Notes: generated by a model from the sequence alone, not told the origin. 64,000 bases of DNA from Chiloscyllium plagiosum (GCF_004010195.1 NC_057746.1:27188392-27252391), one strand, 5' to 3'; positions 37,850-50,473 are shown, counted from the first letter of the stretch. Made by a program: numbers and translations.

Positions 37850-39600
37850 GATTCAGAGAAAGATCCAGTTTCAAATGTGCCGACCTTTGGAGTGATCCTA
37901 TAGCAATTGCTGGAACCATGCAATATCAAAACATTAGAAAGTGCTGAATCTGATGCCAACTGACTGTCAGAATGATTCACAACCAGACGGATTCTGTGTC
38001 AGAACTACCAGATTATAGAGCCAAAAGCATCTTATGATTAACGCACTCAGTCCCAGTTTGACAGAGGATTATGTCAAATGGATCCTGTTCTAGATCCATC
38101 CAGTGCTAGAGTACTGAGTGCAAAGTCTGACATCTAATAGCAAACAGATCTAGTGACATAGAATTCTAATACCAGAGCTCAAGTGACAGAAACCGTGGTC
38201 GATTCATTGCTAGGGAAATCGAGTGACAGTATTAGAGAAAGGATTCATTGGCAGATGTCAAATGACAGATCCAGTGATTAAATGAAAGAGTGCTGAAGCA
38301 GGTGTATCTGGTGAATGGTACATTGAGTGTTGGGAGATCCAGTTACAGAGATTGAATGAAGAGTTCTACAAAGATTGATCAATAGAGATAAATAGTGATA
38401 ATTAGACTGAGTGACAGTGATCTAGCAATTAGGGTTCTACTATGCTATTTCAGAAAAAGTGACAGATCTGTGGCAAAAAGATCAAGTATCGGGAAGATCC
38501 AGTGATGAATCATATGAATGGGCGTGGGCAGAGATTCTAATGGAACAGAAATAAAGTGATGGTGAAGGTTCTATTTATGGACTGACTGACAGGTAGGAGA
38601 GATACAGTGACAGATGAAGTCATGATGAGAGCCTATTCACAGATTGTGCGGCAAGGAGATCCTATGCCAGTGAGATCAGGTACGAGAGGGTTCTAATGAC
38701 TGATAAATTGAGCTGAAGTAAGATGGGAGTGCCTAGGAGATCAAGTCAGAGATCTTATGAGATAGGGTTCCAGTGATGGATCGAGTAAATAAACAAGAGT
38801 GTGATTGGGGAGATCTAGTGGAAGAGAGTAAGCAATAGAGATGCAAATACATTGATTAGTGATCTAGTACTAGGAAGTTTGAAATCTGGGGATTAGTGAT
38901 AGTTTTCTATTCCAGTTAGTGAGCTATAAAGTGTCAGTATGATCAATCGATTGATTGGCCGATCCAATGTTAGGGAGGTTGAGCGATATCAGTGACAATG
39001 CTAAGAGGTCGAGTGCTAGGGATTCAGTGGCATGCACCAACAGTGCCAATGTTATTGGGTGCTACAGGGATTCAGTTGCGGGTTCAACATCGGGGAAATC
39101 TATTTACCGAGAGATCGAATGACCCAGTGGAAGGTACCAGCGTCGGAGACATCAAATGAGGATCCCCCCTCCGCCCCGGCAGAAAGACTTGAGTGCAACA
39201 GAGATCCATTGACGGGGGAGAAGAATAACAGAAAGAACGAGTTTATGGTGAGACCCAATGAGCGCGGGATCGAGTGATGGAGAGACCATGTGCCGAGTAG
39301 GTTTCCAGTGGCAGACATCGAGCGATATCAGGGGCCGGGGGGGATCCAGTGCGGCTCGGAGATTGCGCAACGGGAGATCTGGTGAGAGAGATCGAGCGAC
39401 GCTGGAATCGGCGACGGGTATACGTCCGATCGAGGGGGGAGAGATCCAGTGACACAGACCTACAGGGAAGGGGGGAGAGATCCAGTGGCCAAGAGATCGA
39501 GCGACATCCGGGGGACGGGGAGACCGAGCGGCGGGGGCGATCCAGTGAGGAGGGATCAAGTGACCGGGAGATCCTGGAGGGGGGGGAAGGCTGGTGGAAA
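37850..39600 (+). repeat. Degenerate tandem repeat (gagatc(c/g)agtga core)
   Basis: Recurrent gatccagtg/gatcgagtg motifs with GC content rising toward the gap. Confidence 0.65.
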
Positions 39601-39625
39601 CTCCGCGGCTGCGGCTGGTCGGCCC

Positions 39626-40261
39626 NNNNNNNNNNNNNNNNNNNNNNNNNNNNNNNNNNNNNNNNNNNNNNNNNNNNNNNNNNNNNNNNNNNNNNNNNNN
39701 NNNNNNNNNNNNNNNNNNNNNNNNNNNNNNNNNNNNNNNNNNNNNNNNNNNNNNNNNNNNNNNNNNNNNNNNNNNNNNNNNNNNNNNNNNNNNNNNNNNN
39801 NNNNNNNNNNNNNNNNNNNNNNNNNNNNNNNNNNNNNNNNNNNNNNNNNNNNNNNNNNNNNNNNNNNNNNNNNNNNNNNNNNNNNNNNNNNNNNNNNNNN
39901 NNNNNNNNNNNNNNNNNNNNNNNNNNNNNNNNNNNNNNNNNNNNNNNNNNNNNNNNNNNNNNNNNNNNNNNNNNNNNNNNNNNNNNNNNNNNNNNNNNNN
40001 NNNNNNNNNNNNNNNNNNNNNNNNNNNNNNNNNNNNNNNNNNNNNNNNNNNNNNNNNNNNNNNNNNNNNNNNNNNNNNNNNNNNNNNNNNNNNNNNNNNN
40101 NNNNNNNNNNNNNNNNNNNNNNNNNNNNNNNNNNNNNNNNNNNNNNNNNNNNNNNNNNNNNNNNNNNNNNNNNNNNNNNNNNNNNNNNNNNNNNNNNNNN
40201 NNNNNNNNNNNNNNNNNNNNNNNNNNNNNNNNNNNNNNNNNNNNNNNNNNNNNNNNNNNNN
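39626..40261. other. Assembly gap (636 N)
   Basis: Run of N flanked by GC-rich sequence. Confidence 1.
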
Positions 40262-42374
40262 CCCTCAAATCCCCATCTCCACACCCCCCCCCCCCCCATC
40301 GTTCTGTAAGGTATGGAGTTAATGTTTCTCACAGTTTCCTCCCACCATCTTCAACACCCCATATCATCTTCAACTCCCCAATCTCAGTCCATACCCCCAC
40401 CTTCAAACCACTTCCAGCCCCTTCTAAACCCCACCTCCAATCCTCTGGAAGCCTCATATCCAACCTGTCTTCAAAGCCCCAACTCCACACCCTACCTCCA
40501 AGACTGCAACTCCAGCCCTCTCTAACCTTGCAACCAAAAGCCCTCTTCAAAACCTGGACCAAAAGACCCCCCATCTCCAAAATAGTGTTTCTAACAATCA
40601 CAACACCATTTCCAAATATTATCCTCTTCCCTCCAAACAATGTGAAAGCAAAAGTAAGCCTTCGGATCTGCTCAGACATTCAGTGAGATCATGAATAATC
40701 TGATAATCGTCAATTTTCCCTTATGACTGTTAATTCCCATAATTAGAAATCTGTTTGTATCAACATTCCATACTTGGCAGCAAACTCCAAACCCTCCATC
40801 CAAATGTCATTTTAATCCCACACCTCCAAACATGATACTGAATACTATGTCTCCAGCCATTCTTTAAACTGACATCTAAGCCCCTTCCTCATCTCCAACC
40901 GCCCTTACAAACCTTTTATCCAAAACCTCACCACCAACACTCTTTAAATTCAACATCTAAATTTCATCTCAAACCTTATCCAAATACCCATTTTCAACCC
41001 TCCTCAAATTCAAAACTCAATTTCCAAATCATGTATAGAAAACCATAACCTGAATAGCCTAAAACCCTTAACACCCTCAAAACCATAACCTCCAGAACCC
41101 TAACCACCAAACCCCAAAATAACCTAACAACCAAAAAGTTTCAGCCCCAAAAACCCTAACTCCTTCTCACCAAAAAACTTCATCCTTACCTAACCATTCA
41201 GAACATTATCAAAGGCATAACCCAAAACCCACAACACACTCCACCTCCCCCCAGAATCTTAACCGCTCAGGAAAATCCTAACCAGACCAGTCTTAAATCT
41301 GGAACAAAAACAAACCAAAGAAATAAAAATGGAAGATGGTGAAAAAACTCAGTAGGTCTAGCAGCATGCAGGGAGAGAAAATAGAGTTAACACTTCTATT
41401 CCAGTAACCTGTCTTCAGAACTGATTGTAGTGGGGAAAAGGTTGGTATATATGATGTTGGTATTTTCCAGCTCCCGCCCCATCTTCAGTGTATATACCAA
41501 TCTTAAAAGCTACAATCAGTTCTGGATTGTATCAAAATGTTAACTCTCCTTTCTCTCTGCAGATACTGCCAGACCTGCTGACTTTATCCAGCAATTTGTT
41601 TCAGCCTAAAACATTAACCTCTCAAACCTCAACTCTAACACAACCATGGAAAATCCTTAACCGTCCCCTCAAACCCTGACCCAAAAATATTAACTTCTCA
41701 AAACCTTAACCATATCCCAAAATGCTTTGCACCAAAACCCTAAACTGACCATCACAAAGTAATTTCCTCTCGACATCACTCCACCTCCCTGCTGTGCGCT
41801 TCTCCCTCATTGAGAAAGCTTTCTGTAAATTGATTGAAGGCTATGAAATTACTTTTAGCCAATAGCATACGGGAAGATCATAGAGTTGAGCTGAGTTGAG
41901 GAATGTCTTGGGACTGTATCACTATCACTGGGTCAAATTGCTGGTATTCCCTCACTGCAAACACTGTTAGACATAGAGCTAATGTGTTAGGAAACTGCAC
42001 AGGAGGAATGGGCTTAGTTTTGAAGAAACATCGTACTGCATTCAAAACATTGACCCTGTTGCTGCCAGGTCTGAGTTTCTCCACCATTTAGTTTTTATTT
42101 CAGGTGGGATGAATCAGACTTGTACGGTCATAGGTCCAATCTAAGGGGGGGGGGGGGGGGGGGAGAATGAGGGTTAATGGTGATGTGGAAGTGGGACAGA
42201 GTTTGGAATGGGAATGTTGCAGAGTGGTAGAAAGGAAAATGGCAAATTTGTTGGGCGATGCAGGTAGGAGGTAGACAGAAATTGGCTTGTTCAAGCTTGG
42301 GTCGAAAGTGATTTTCAAGTTGTGCGCGCTGATGGGGAGAGTGACTCATTACTTGTGTTGCTTAATTGGAATGA

Positions 42375-42975
42375 CTGGATTAGAGCATGGTAACAGACCC
42401 TTCGGTTCAACCAGTCCATGCTGACCACAATCCCAAATTAAACTAGTCCCACCTACCTATCCAGCCTCTCCTTATAACTTAAACCCTCCAATCCCAGCAA
42501 CATCCTGGTAAATCTCTTCTGAAACCTCTCTAGGCTTCTTCCTATAACAGGGCGATCAGAACCGGACACATTACTCCCGAAGAGGCCTCACCAACGTCAT
42601 ATACAGGCTGAACATGATGTTCCAACTCCTATACTTTGAAGGTCTGAGCAATGAAGGCAAGCGTGCTAAACATCGTCTTTATCACCACGTTTACATGTGA
42701 TGCAAACTTGAATTATGAAGCTGAACACCTAGGTCTCTCTGTTTTACAACATTACCCAAGGCCCTGCTTTTAATTGCGGAAGTCATACCCTTGTTTGTTT
42801 TACCAAATGCAATACCTAACATGTATCCAAATTAAACTCCATCTGCCACTCTTTGGCCCATTGACTCAATTGATCAAGATCTCTTCGTAATCTGAGACAA
42901 CCTTCTTCTCTGTCTACTATATCACCAATATTGATGTCATCTGCAACTTTACTAAGCATACCTTCTATATTCTCA
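42375..42975 (-). mobile_element. CR1 fragment
   Basis: Similar to 5510-6420. Confidence 0.7.
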
Positions 42976-44479
42976 TGATTGAATTAAATACCTCAATGCA
43001 ACTTAATTGCGTCATGCATGGAATTCAACAGTAAAGGAGGAGGCCGTACAACCAATCGTTTTGGCATGTGACAGTTCACTTGGATAGTCACTTCTGTATG
43101 CAGAGGTTTAGAGCTATGGATAGTGATGGTAGAGACTCCATTTTTCTTTCCACCACATCGTTGCACTCACACTTACTGTCTGACATTGAAACTTGAAGGG
43201 ATTTACTCAACTTGTGTTAGGACTGTTCCTTCCATGCCATTAGACCCTTATATGGGATTAAAAACTGGAGTTCAGATGCAGGGAGGCTGCTCATGTGCCA
43301 CAAGATCTGGGATCCGTTGGTAGAGCTATTCAATTAGCCACAATTTTCCTTTTTGAATTTTTTAATTGCTCATCTCTCCCTCTGATGATAAATGGTAAAT
43401 AATAAATCCATATCCTTTGGTTACTGACCCACTGCCACTGGAAGCAGTTTCTTTGTGTCTATTCTGTCAAAGCCTTTCGTAATTTTGAAAATCTCTGCTA
43501 AATCATTCCTTAACTTTCTTTGCCATGCTGAGAGCTGTCCCAGTTTCTCTGGTCTCAGAAATCCCTCATCCCTGGTGAGACAGAGAATATAGGAGCAGGA
43601 GTAGGCCATTCGGCCCTTCAAGCCTGCTACATTATTCTAGATCATGGCTGACCATCTAACCGTATGTTACTGACCAGTTTAGACCCACACCTCGCTCCCC
43701 CCTCAAAGTGTACAATGGAAATATCCTAGACTCTAACTTTTATACTTTTTAAAAGGCAAGTATAAAGTGCTGTGTTCCACACATGATTAGATTGGTCCAT
43801 CATTAAGCTTAAACCAAAACTTACTTTATTCTTACAACATAGTTAAAATACAACAAAGAAGAATTAGCATAACTTTATTGAAATACATAACAAGATAATA
43901 TATTATTTAACAACTAATCATGAAATGTTCCAACATAGGCAGCATCCCAAAAACACATGCTTGGTAAACACAATTCAGCAACACAATTATCATTCTCACA
44001 CACTGTCTCTGTTCAGTCCAGAAGAAAGAAACACTGAAAAAAACAATTTGCCCCTTTTGATTTTTTTTTTAAGAGGAAGGCTTCAGAACTAGGGGGAGGA
44101 AAAGCAAAGTCTCATGGATGTTGGGAGATGTCAAATAAAAACAGAAAGTGTGAGAGAAACTCAGGTCTGGCAGCATTTGTGGAGAAATAGTGTTAACACT
44201 TTGCCTCCAATTTGATTCTTCCTCAGAACTCGGGAGCCCTACTTTAAAATTCAGTATTGTCATTTTAGGGAAGTTTTTCTCTCAGAATGTGTGCGACTTT
44301 GCCTCCGAAGGCTATGTGAAGGATACTTTAACACTGGTTAACACACTATAAAAAGGATGAGATTGCACCAGAGAGGATGCAGATGTTGCCTGGTTGCAGT
44401 GAATCAGCTGTGAAGAGAGACCAGATAGGCTGGGGATGTTTGCCTTTGAGCAGAGAAGGCGGAGGAGGGATCCGATTAG

Positions 44480-45450
44480 AACGTAGAATGGTACAGCAGA
44501 GGAACAGGCTCTTGGGCCAACCATGTTTGTGCTGACCATGATGCCATTCTAAATGAACCTACCTGCCTGCACACGATCCATTTTCTTCAATTCACTGCCT
44601 GTTTATATGTCTGTCTAAAAGCCCGTTAAACATTACGATTTTATCTGCTTCTACCACCTCCCCTGTCAGCATGTTACGGGCACCCGCCATCCTCTGCATA
44701 AAAAAAACTTGCTTCGGACATCTCCTTTAAACTTTCCCCCTCTCACCTTAAATCTATGCCCCGTAGATTTCCACCTTGGCAAAAAGACTCTGACTATCTG
44801 CGATTCCCAATTTAATGCATTTCTGTGGTCACATCTTAGCTTCTGACTCGTCAGCAAAAACAATCCTCTCCTTATAGCTAATACACTCCAACTCAGGAGG
44901 AGAAAGTGAGGACTGCAGATGCTGGAAACCAGAGTTGAAAAGTGTGGTGCTGGAAAACCACAGCAGGCCAGGCAGCATCTGAGGAGCAGGAGAATCGACA
45001 TTTCAGGCATAAGGGCTTATGCCCAAAACATCGATTCTCCTGTTCCTCGGATGTTGTCTGGCCTGCTGTGTTTTTCCAGCACCATACTTTTCAACACTAC
45101 ACTCCAATTCAGACAACAGCCTGGCAAACCTCTTTTGCACCCTCTCTAATACCTCTATATCCTCCTATGGTGTAGTGACTAGAACCATACACAATATTCC
45201 AAATGTGGCCTAACTAAAGTTATATACACCTGCAACATGACTCATCAATTTTATACTCAGTGATCTGTCTGATGAATGCAAGCATGCCTAACACCTTTTC
45301 CTGCCTTATCCATCTGTATTGCCATTTTCAAGGAGCTATGGACATGCACCTCAAGGTCCCTCTGTTATTTAGTGCTCCTCATGGTGTTACCATGTACTGT
45401 ATAGTCTCCTCTTGCATTTGATCTCTCAAAACTGCATCACTTCACACTTA
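44480..45450 (-). mobile_element. CR1 3' fragment with a palindromic insert at about 44895-45095
   Basis: GHRFKVRGGKFKGDVRSKFF remnant plus CR1 3' UTR. Confidence 0.7.
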
Positions 45451-46547
45451 AGGGGAGGTGATGGCTTAATGCTATTAATTGCTGGACTGCTAATCCAGAC
45501 ACTCAGGTTGCATCCCAGGAAAACAGATTTGAACCCTGCCATTGTAGATGGTGGAATTTGAATTCATTTTTTTCAAAATCTGGAATTAATAGTCTAAAGA
45601 TATCCATGAATCCAGTGTTGGAAAAACCCATCTGGTTCATTAATGTCCTTTAGGGCAGGAAACTGCTATCCCTACCCGGTCTGGTCTACATGGGACTCCA
45701 GAACCACAGCAATGTGGCTGACTGTTAACAGCACTCTGTGCATTGAGGGCTGGGCAATTAATGCTCAACTAGCTGGCAACGCCTACCTCCTATGAATGAA
45801 TTTAAAAATGCACTTGTCTGGATTAAAATTTCACATGCCATTTCTCCACCCACACTCCCACTTGAGGTGTACAACATTCTGAGATAAGGAAAAAAATTTC
45901 CCCTTAGTTGAGCGGTTAGTAACCAGGGGCACAATTTTAAGATAAAAAGCAGAAGGTTTAGAGGGAATTTGAGGAAATTATTTCTCATCCAGAGGACTGT
46001 GTTTATCTGGAACTCACTGTTTAAAAGGGTGGTAGAGGCAGGAACCCTCAGGGCATTTTGGAACTATTTAAATGAACAGATGAAATGCATACAAAGGTAA
46101 CAGATCAAGTGCTTGAAAATAGGATTAGATTAGATGGACTGTGGGATGAAGGGCCTCGTTCCATGCTGTAAATATGCTCTGATTCTAAGGTGAGGGAGGG
46201 GGGGGGTCATTTAATATTTTTAAGATAGACAAGGGAATCAAAAAGCTTTTGGATAATTGGGAATGTGGAATTTAAAAAACTTACAAATTGGCCAAGATCT
46301 TATTGAGTGGCAGAGACTGAACGGCTTGAAGGGCTGATCAGCCTTCTGCTGCCCTTGATTTGTGCATCTGCAGGTTAGGCCTATACTCATTGGAATTAGG
46401 AAAAATGAGAGGTAATCTTATTGAAACATATAATATTCTGAGTAACCTTGAAAGGCAAGATGCTGAAATACTTCTCTTTTGGGCGAAATATAAGTGAGGA
46501 GCCACAGTTTAATAATAAAGTGTCTCTAATTTAAGGTGGGGAGAAGG

Positions 46548-46892
46548 AAGGAGGCGATGGCGTAGTAGTATTATCACTGAACTGTTAATCCAGAATCCCA
46601 GGTAATGTTCAGGGGACCTAAGTTTGATCCCTGCTATGGTGGAATTTGAATTCAATAAAAATCTGGAATTAAGAGTCTTAAGGATGACCATGAGTCCATT
46701 GTCAGGAAAAACCCATCTGGTTCACTGATGCCCTTTACGGAAGGAAACTGCAATCCTTACTTGGTCTGGTCTCCATGTGACTCTAGAACTACAGCAATAC
46801 AGTTGACTCTCAACTGGCCTCTGAAACTAGGGATGCGCAATAAATGATGGCCTGGCCAGTGATACCCATATCCTATGAATGAATTAATAAAA
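46548..46892 (+). mobile_element. Second tRNA-headed SINE family (related copies at about 45453-45805 and 29900-30265)
   Basis: Shared core aaaaacccatctggttca.t.atg.ccttta..g.aggaaactgc and tail gggatg.gcaataaatg.tggcct.gccag...atgaatgaat. Confidence 0.7.
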
Positions 46893-47269
46893 GGAAGATG
46901 GGTAATGTTTAGAATTCACTTCCCCAGCATGTCTGGGAGATTGGTTCAGGGTATATACTCAAGGCTGAGTTGAGTAGGATTTAAAAAAATTTACTCGTGG
47001 GATATAGGTGTTGCTGGCTGGCCAGGATTTTATTACCCGTCCTAACTGCCCTTGAGAAGTGAGCAGCAACCTTGATCCACTGCAGTCTACATGCTGTAGA
47101 TTGACCCCCAATGGCCTAAGGGAAGGAATTCCAGGATTTGACCCAGTGAAGGAACGGCAATATATTTCCAAGTCAGGATGGTGAGTGGCTTGGAGGGAAC
47201 CTTGCAGGTGGCAGCTTAATCTGTATGAGGGAGTTGAGGATTATTGTTGGCAAACAGGAAAGAGCAAAA

Positions 47270-48725
47270 TTCTAGATTAGTGGTGCTGGAAGAGCACAGC
47301 AGTTCAGGCAGCACCCAAGGAGCTTCGAAATCGACGTTTCGGACAAAAGCCCTTCATCAGGAATAAAGGCAGTGAGCCTGAAGCGTGGAGAGATAAGCTA
47401 GAGGAGGATGGGGAGAAAGTAACATAGAGCACAATGGGTGAGTGGGGGAGGGGATGAAGGTGATAGGTCAGGGAGGAGAGGGTGGAGTGGATAGGTGGAA
47501 AAGGAGATAGAGGTGGGGAGTGGTGCCGGTGTAATTACGGAAGATCAACTGCTCTACGTCGCCAACAAAGAGACAGGCATAGCACACCGGCACTACTCCC
47601 CACCTCTTCCTCCACTGCATTGATGACTGCATTGGCGCCACCTCGTGCTCCCGCGAGGAGGTTGAGCAATTCATCAACTTCACCAACACAATCCACCCTG
47701 ACCTTAAATTCACCTGGACCATCTCTGACACCTCCCTCCCCTTCCTGGACCTCTCCATCTCCATTAATGACAACCGACTTGACACTGACATTTTTTACAA
47801 ACCCACCGACTCCCACAGCTACTTGGATTACACCTCTTCCCAACCTACCTCTTGCAAAAATGCCATCCCGTATTCCCAATTCCTCCGCCTCCGTCGTATC
47901 TGCTCCCAGGAGGACCAGTTCCACCACAGAACACACCAGATGGCCTCCTTCTTTAGAGACCACAATTTCCCTTCCCACGTGGTTAAAGATGCCCTCCAAC
48001 GCGTCTTGTCCACAACACGCACCTCCGCCCTCAGACTCCACCCCTCTAACCGTAACAAGGACAGAACGGCCCTGGTGCTCACCTTCCACCCGATGCGGTC
48101 TCCTCTACATTGGGGAGACTGGACGCCTCCTAGCAGAGCACTTTAGGGAACATCTCCGGGACACCCGCACCAATCAACCACACCGCCCTGTGGCCCAACA
48201 TTTCAACTCCCCCTCCCACTCTGCCAAGGACATGGAGGTCCTGGGCCTCTTTCACCGCCGTTCCCTCACCACCAGACGCCTGGAGGAAGAATGCCTCATC
48301 TTCCGCCTCGAACACTTCAATCCCAGGGCATCAATGTGGACTTCAACAGTTTCCTCATTTCCCCTTCCCCCACCTCACCCCAGTTCCAAACTTCCAGCTC
48401 AGCACTGTCCCTATGACTTGTCCGGACTTGTCCTACCTGCCTATCTCCTTTTCCACCTATCCACTCCACCCTCTCCTCCCTGACCTATCACCTTCATCCC
48501 TTCCCCCACTCACCCATTGTACTCTATGCTACTTTCTCCCCACCCCCACCCTCCTCTAGCTTATCTCTCCACGCTTCAGGCTCACTGCCTTTATTCCTGA
48601 TGAAGGGCTTTTGCCCGAAATGTCGATTTCGAAGCTTCTTGGATGCTGCCTGTACTGCTGTGCTCTTCCCGCACCACTAATCCAGAATCTGGTTTCCAGC
48701 ATCTGCAGTCATTGTTTTTACCCAT
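47270..48725 (+). mobile_element. Penelope-like retroelement, truncated, with long inverted termini and 14-bp target-site duplication
   Basis: RT remnant (IDDCIG, FYKPTDSHSYLDY) and GIY-YIG remnant (LYIGETGR..EH). About 240-bp inverted repeats at 47270-47510 and 48441-48690. Flanking direct repeat AGGAAAGAGCAAAA at 47256-47269 and 48726-48739. Confidence 0.88.
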
Positions 48726-48919
48726 AGGAAAGAGCAAAAGCTACAATCATAATCTGGCAGAGGAGAGGAGCCAAATGGGCTCACCTTCCTCCTATTTCCT
48801 GGAGGAAAGGAATGATTCGCCCTGCGTCTTTAGATTAGATTAGATTAGATTACTTACAGTGTGGAAACAGGCCCTTCGGCCCAAGTGTTAGCAACACTGG
48901 GTATATTGTGGTCCATCTG

Positions 48920-49110
48920 AAGATGTCTGATGCATCGTTCCCTGTTATTTCTCCTTCTTGTCCACCTCCTCAGATAAGCAATTGGAGAATGCCATCCTAA
49001 GCACCTTTCCCTGTTATTTCTTCTTCTCCCGCACCCACCCCAGATAAGCAATTAGAGGATATTGTCTAATGCATCTATTCCTGTTATTTCTCTTTATCCC
49101 TCCCCAGATT
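48920..49110 (+). repeat. Three about 70-bp units, each a 3' splice-site module
   Basis: cctgttatttc at 48941, 49010 and 49080, each followed by pyrimidines and CAGAT (48971, 49041, 49105). Confidence 0.85.
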
Positions 49111-49123
49111 CCTCTGCCCAGCT

Positions 49124-50473
49124 ATGGCGTCTGACGACGTAGTGAGGTTTCAGTTCCCGAGCCACGAGGTGACCATCCTGAAGAAGATGAACCAACTGCG
49201 GTTGGAGGAGCGTTTCTGTGATGTGACCATCGTGGCGGACCAGCTGCGGTTCCCGGGCCACAGGGTGGTATTGGCCGCATGCTCGCCGTTCCTGCGTGAT
49301 CAGTTCCACATGAACCCATCACAGGAGGTGCAGGTCTTCCCCATGACCGGCGCCCAGATTGTGCTGCGCCTGCTGCTCTCATGCTATACCGGCTGCCTAG
49401 AGTTCCCCTTCAATGACATCCTTGACTACCTGACAGCCGCGAGCTGCCTGCAGATGGAGCATGTGGTGGAGAAGTGCCGCCAATCGCTGTCACCACGCAT
49501 CGGGCCCCGCGTGCCCCCATCCGAGGGAGTCGATGAGGGGCCTGGCACGCCGCAGATCGCCAGCTCGTCAGAGCGAGTGCCGGACACCGAGAGGCCAGCT
49601 CCTTGGGAAGCTGGAGCAGCACCACCAGCACCAGAGGAGAAAATACCGAAACGGGCGCCAGCTGACGATGTGGTGAAGCTGGAGTCAGAACAACACTCAG
49701 ATTTCAGCGGGACCGAGGATATCTGCATCCACAAGGTGGAGTCGCTAGCCGACTGCATGGAGGGTTGCCCGGAGCCGGTGGGCAAAGTGCGGGGTCCTGA
49801 GGCCGCCAACGGCTTGGAGCCCGATCCGGGCATCCATTCGACAGCGGGTGGCTACCCAGATGCCGGTGGCCCTCCCTATGACATGTCAGAGGTGATGATC
49901 TCAGATGAGTTCCAGGAGGAGGACTATGAGAGCTCAGCTAGTGAGGAGTGCCGCAGCAGCGGCTTCACTGGTAGTTACTACCGGCCCGGAGAGGAGCACC
50001 CGCCGCTGGCACCTCAACAGCAACAGCCGCCGCCCCCTTCTGCCAGTGCCCTGGCGGGACTGGGCGCTAAGGAAGGGGAGTCGGCGCGCAGCCCTGGCCT
50101 GTGCTCGGAATGCGGCGCACCGTTCGAACACCGCGAGCACCTGGCTGCGCACATGGTAGTCCATAAGCTCTACATGTGCCTGCTGTGTGGCAAAGTGTTC
50201 AAGAAAAATGCACGGCTGGCGCAGCACATCAATGTGCACACCGGCTTCAAGCCATACTGCTGCGCTATCTGCGGTCGCACCTTCACGCAGAAGCGCTCGC
50301 TCAAGGACCACATGAACGTGCACAACGGTGACTCGCCGCATTGCTGCAGTTACTGCGACATGCGCTTCACCCACTACAGCACCCTGCGGGTCCACCTCCG
50401 GGACCAGCACGGCAAGACCACTACACGCAACATGGAGAACAAGCCCGCTGAAATCAGCCTGGTGGTGCCTTAG
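49124..50473 (+). CDS. ZBTB12: ZBTB12-like protein C (BTB + 4 C2H2), 449 aa
   Basis: [30 protein letters not shown]; linker motifs VKLE and DICIHKVES as in ZBTB12; 4 fingers; C-terminus AEISLVVP; acceptor just upstream. Confidence 0.92.
   Translation: MASDDVVRFQFPSHEVTILKKMNQLRLEERFCDVTIVADQLRFPGHRVVLAACSPFLRDQFHMNPSQEVQVFPMTGAQIVLRLLLSCYTGCLEFPFNDILDYLTAASCLQMEHVVEKCRQSLSPRIGPRVPPSEGVDEGPGTPQIASSSERVPDTERPAPWEAGAAPPAPEEKIPKRAPADDVVKLESEQHSDFSGTEDICIHKVESLADCMEGCPEPVGKVRGPEAANGLEPDPGIHSTAGGYPDAGGPPYDMSEVMISDEFQEEDYESSASEECRSSGFTGSYYRPGEEHPPLAPQQQQPPPPSASALAGLGAKEGESARSPGLCSECGAPFEHREHLAAHMVVHKLYMCLLCGKVFKKNARLAQHINVHTGFKPYCCAICGRTFTQKRSLKDHMNVHNGDSPHCCSYCDMRFTHYSTLRVHLRDQHGKTTTRNMENKPAEISLVVP

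Noticed and set aside
39243-40686. Long ORFs across 39.2-40.7 kb
   Set aside because: Artefacts of translating through the N gap.
41040-41750. Interstitial telomeric repeat
   Set aside because: Only scattered CCCTAA-like words in C/A-rich sequence; no tandem (TTAGGG)n.
41756-41855. 11-bp inverted repeat AAAGTAATTTC/GAAATTACTTT, possible MITE or ncRNA
   Set aside because: About one such match is expected by chance in 64 kb; no TSD, no C/D boxes, no second copy.
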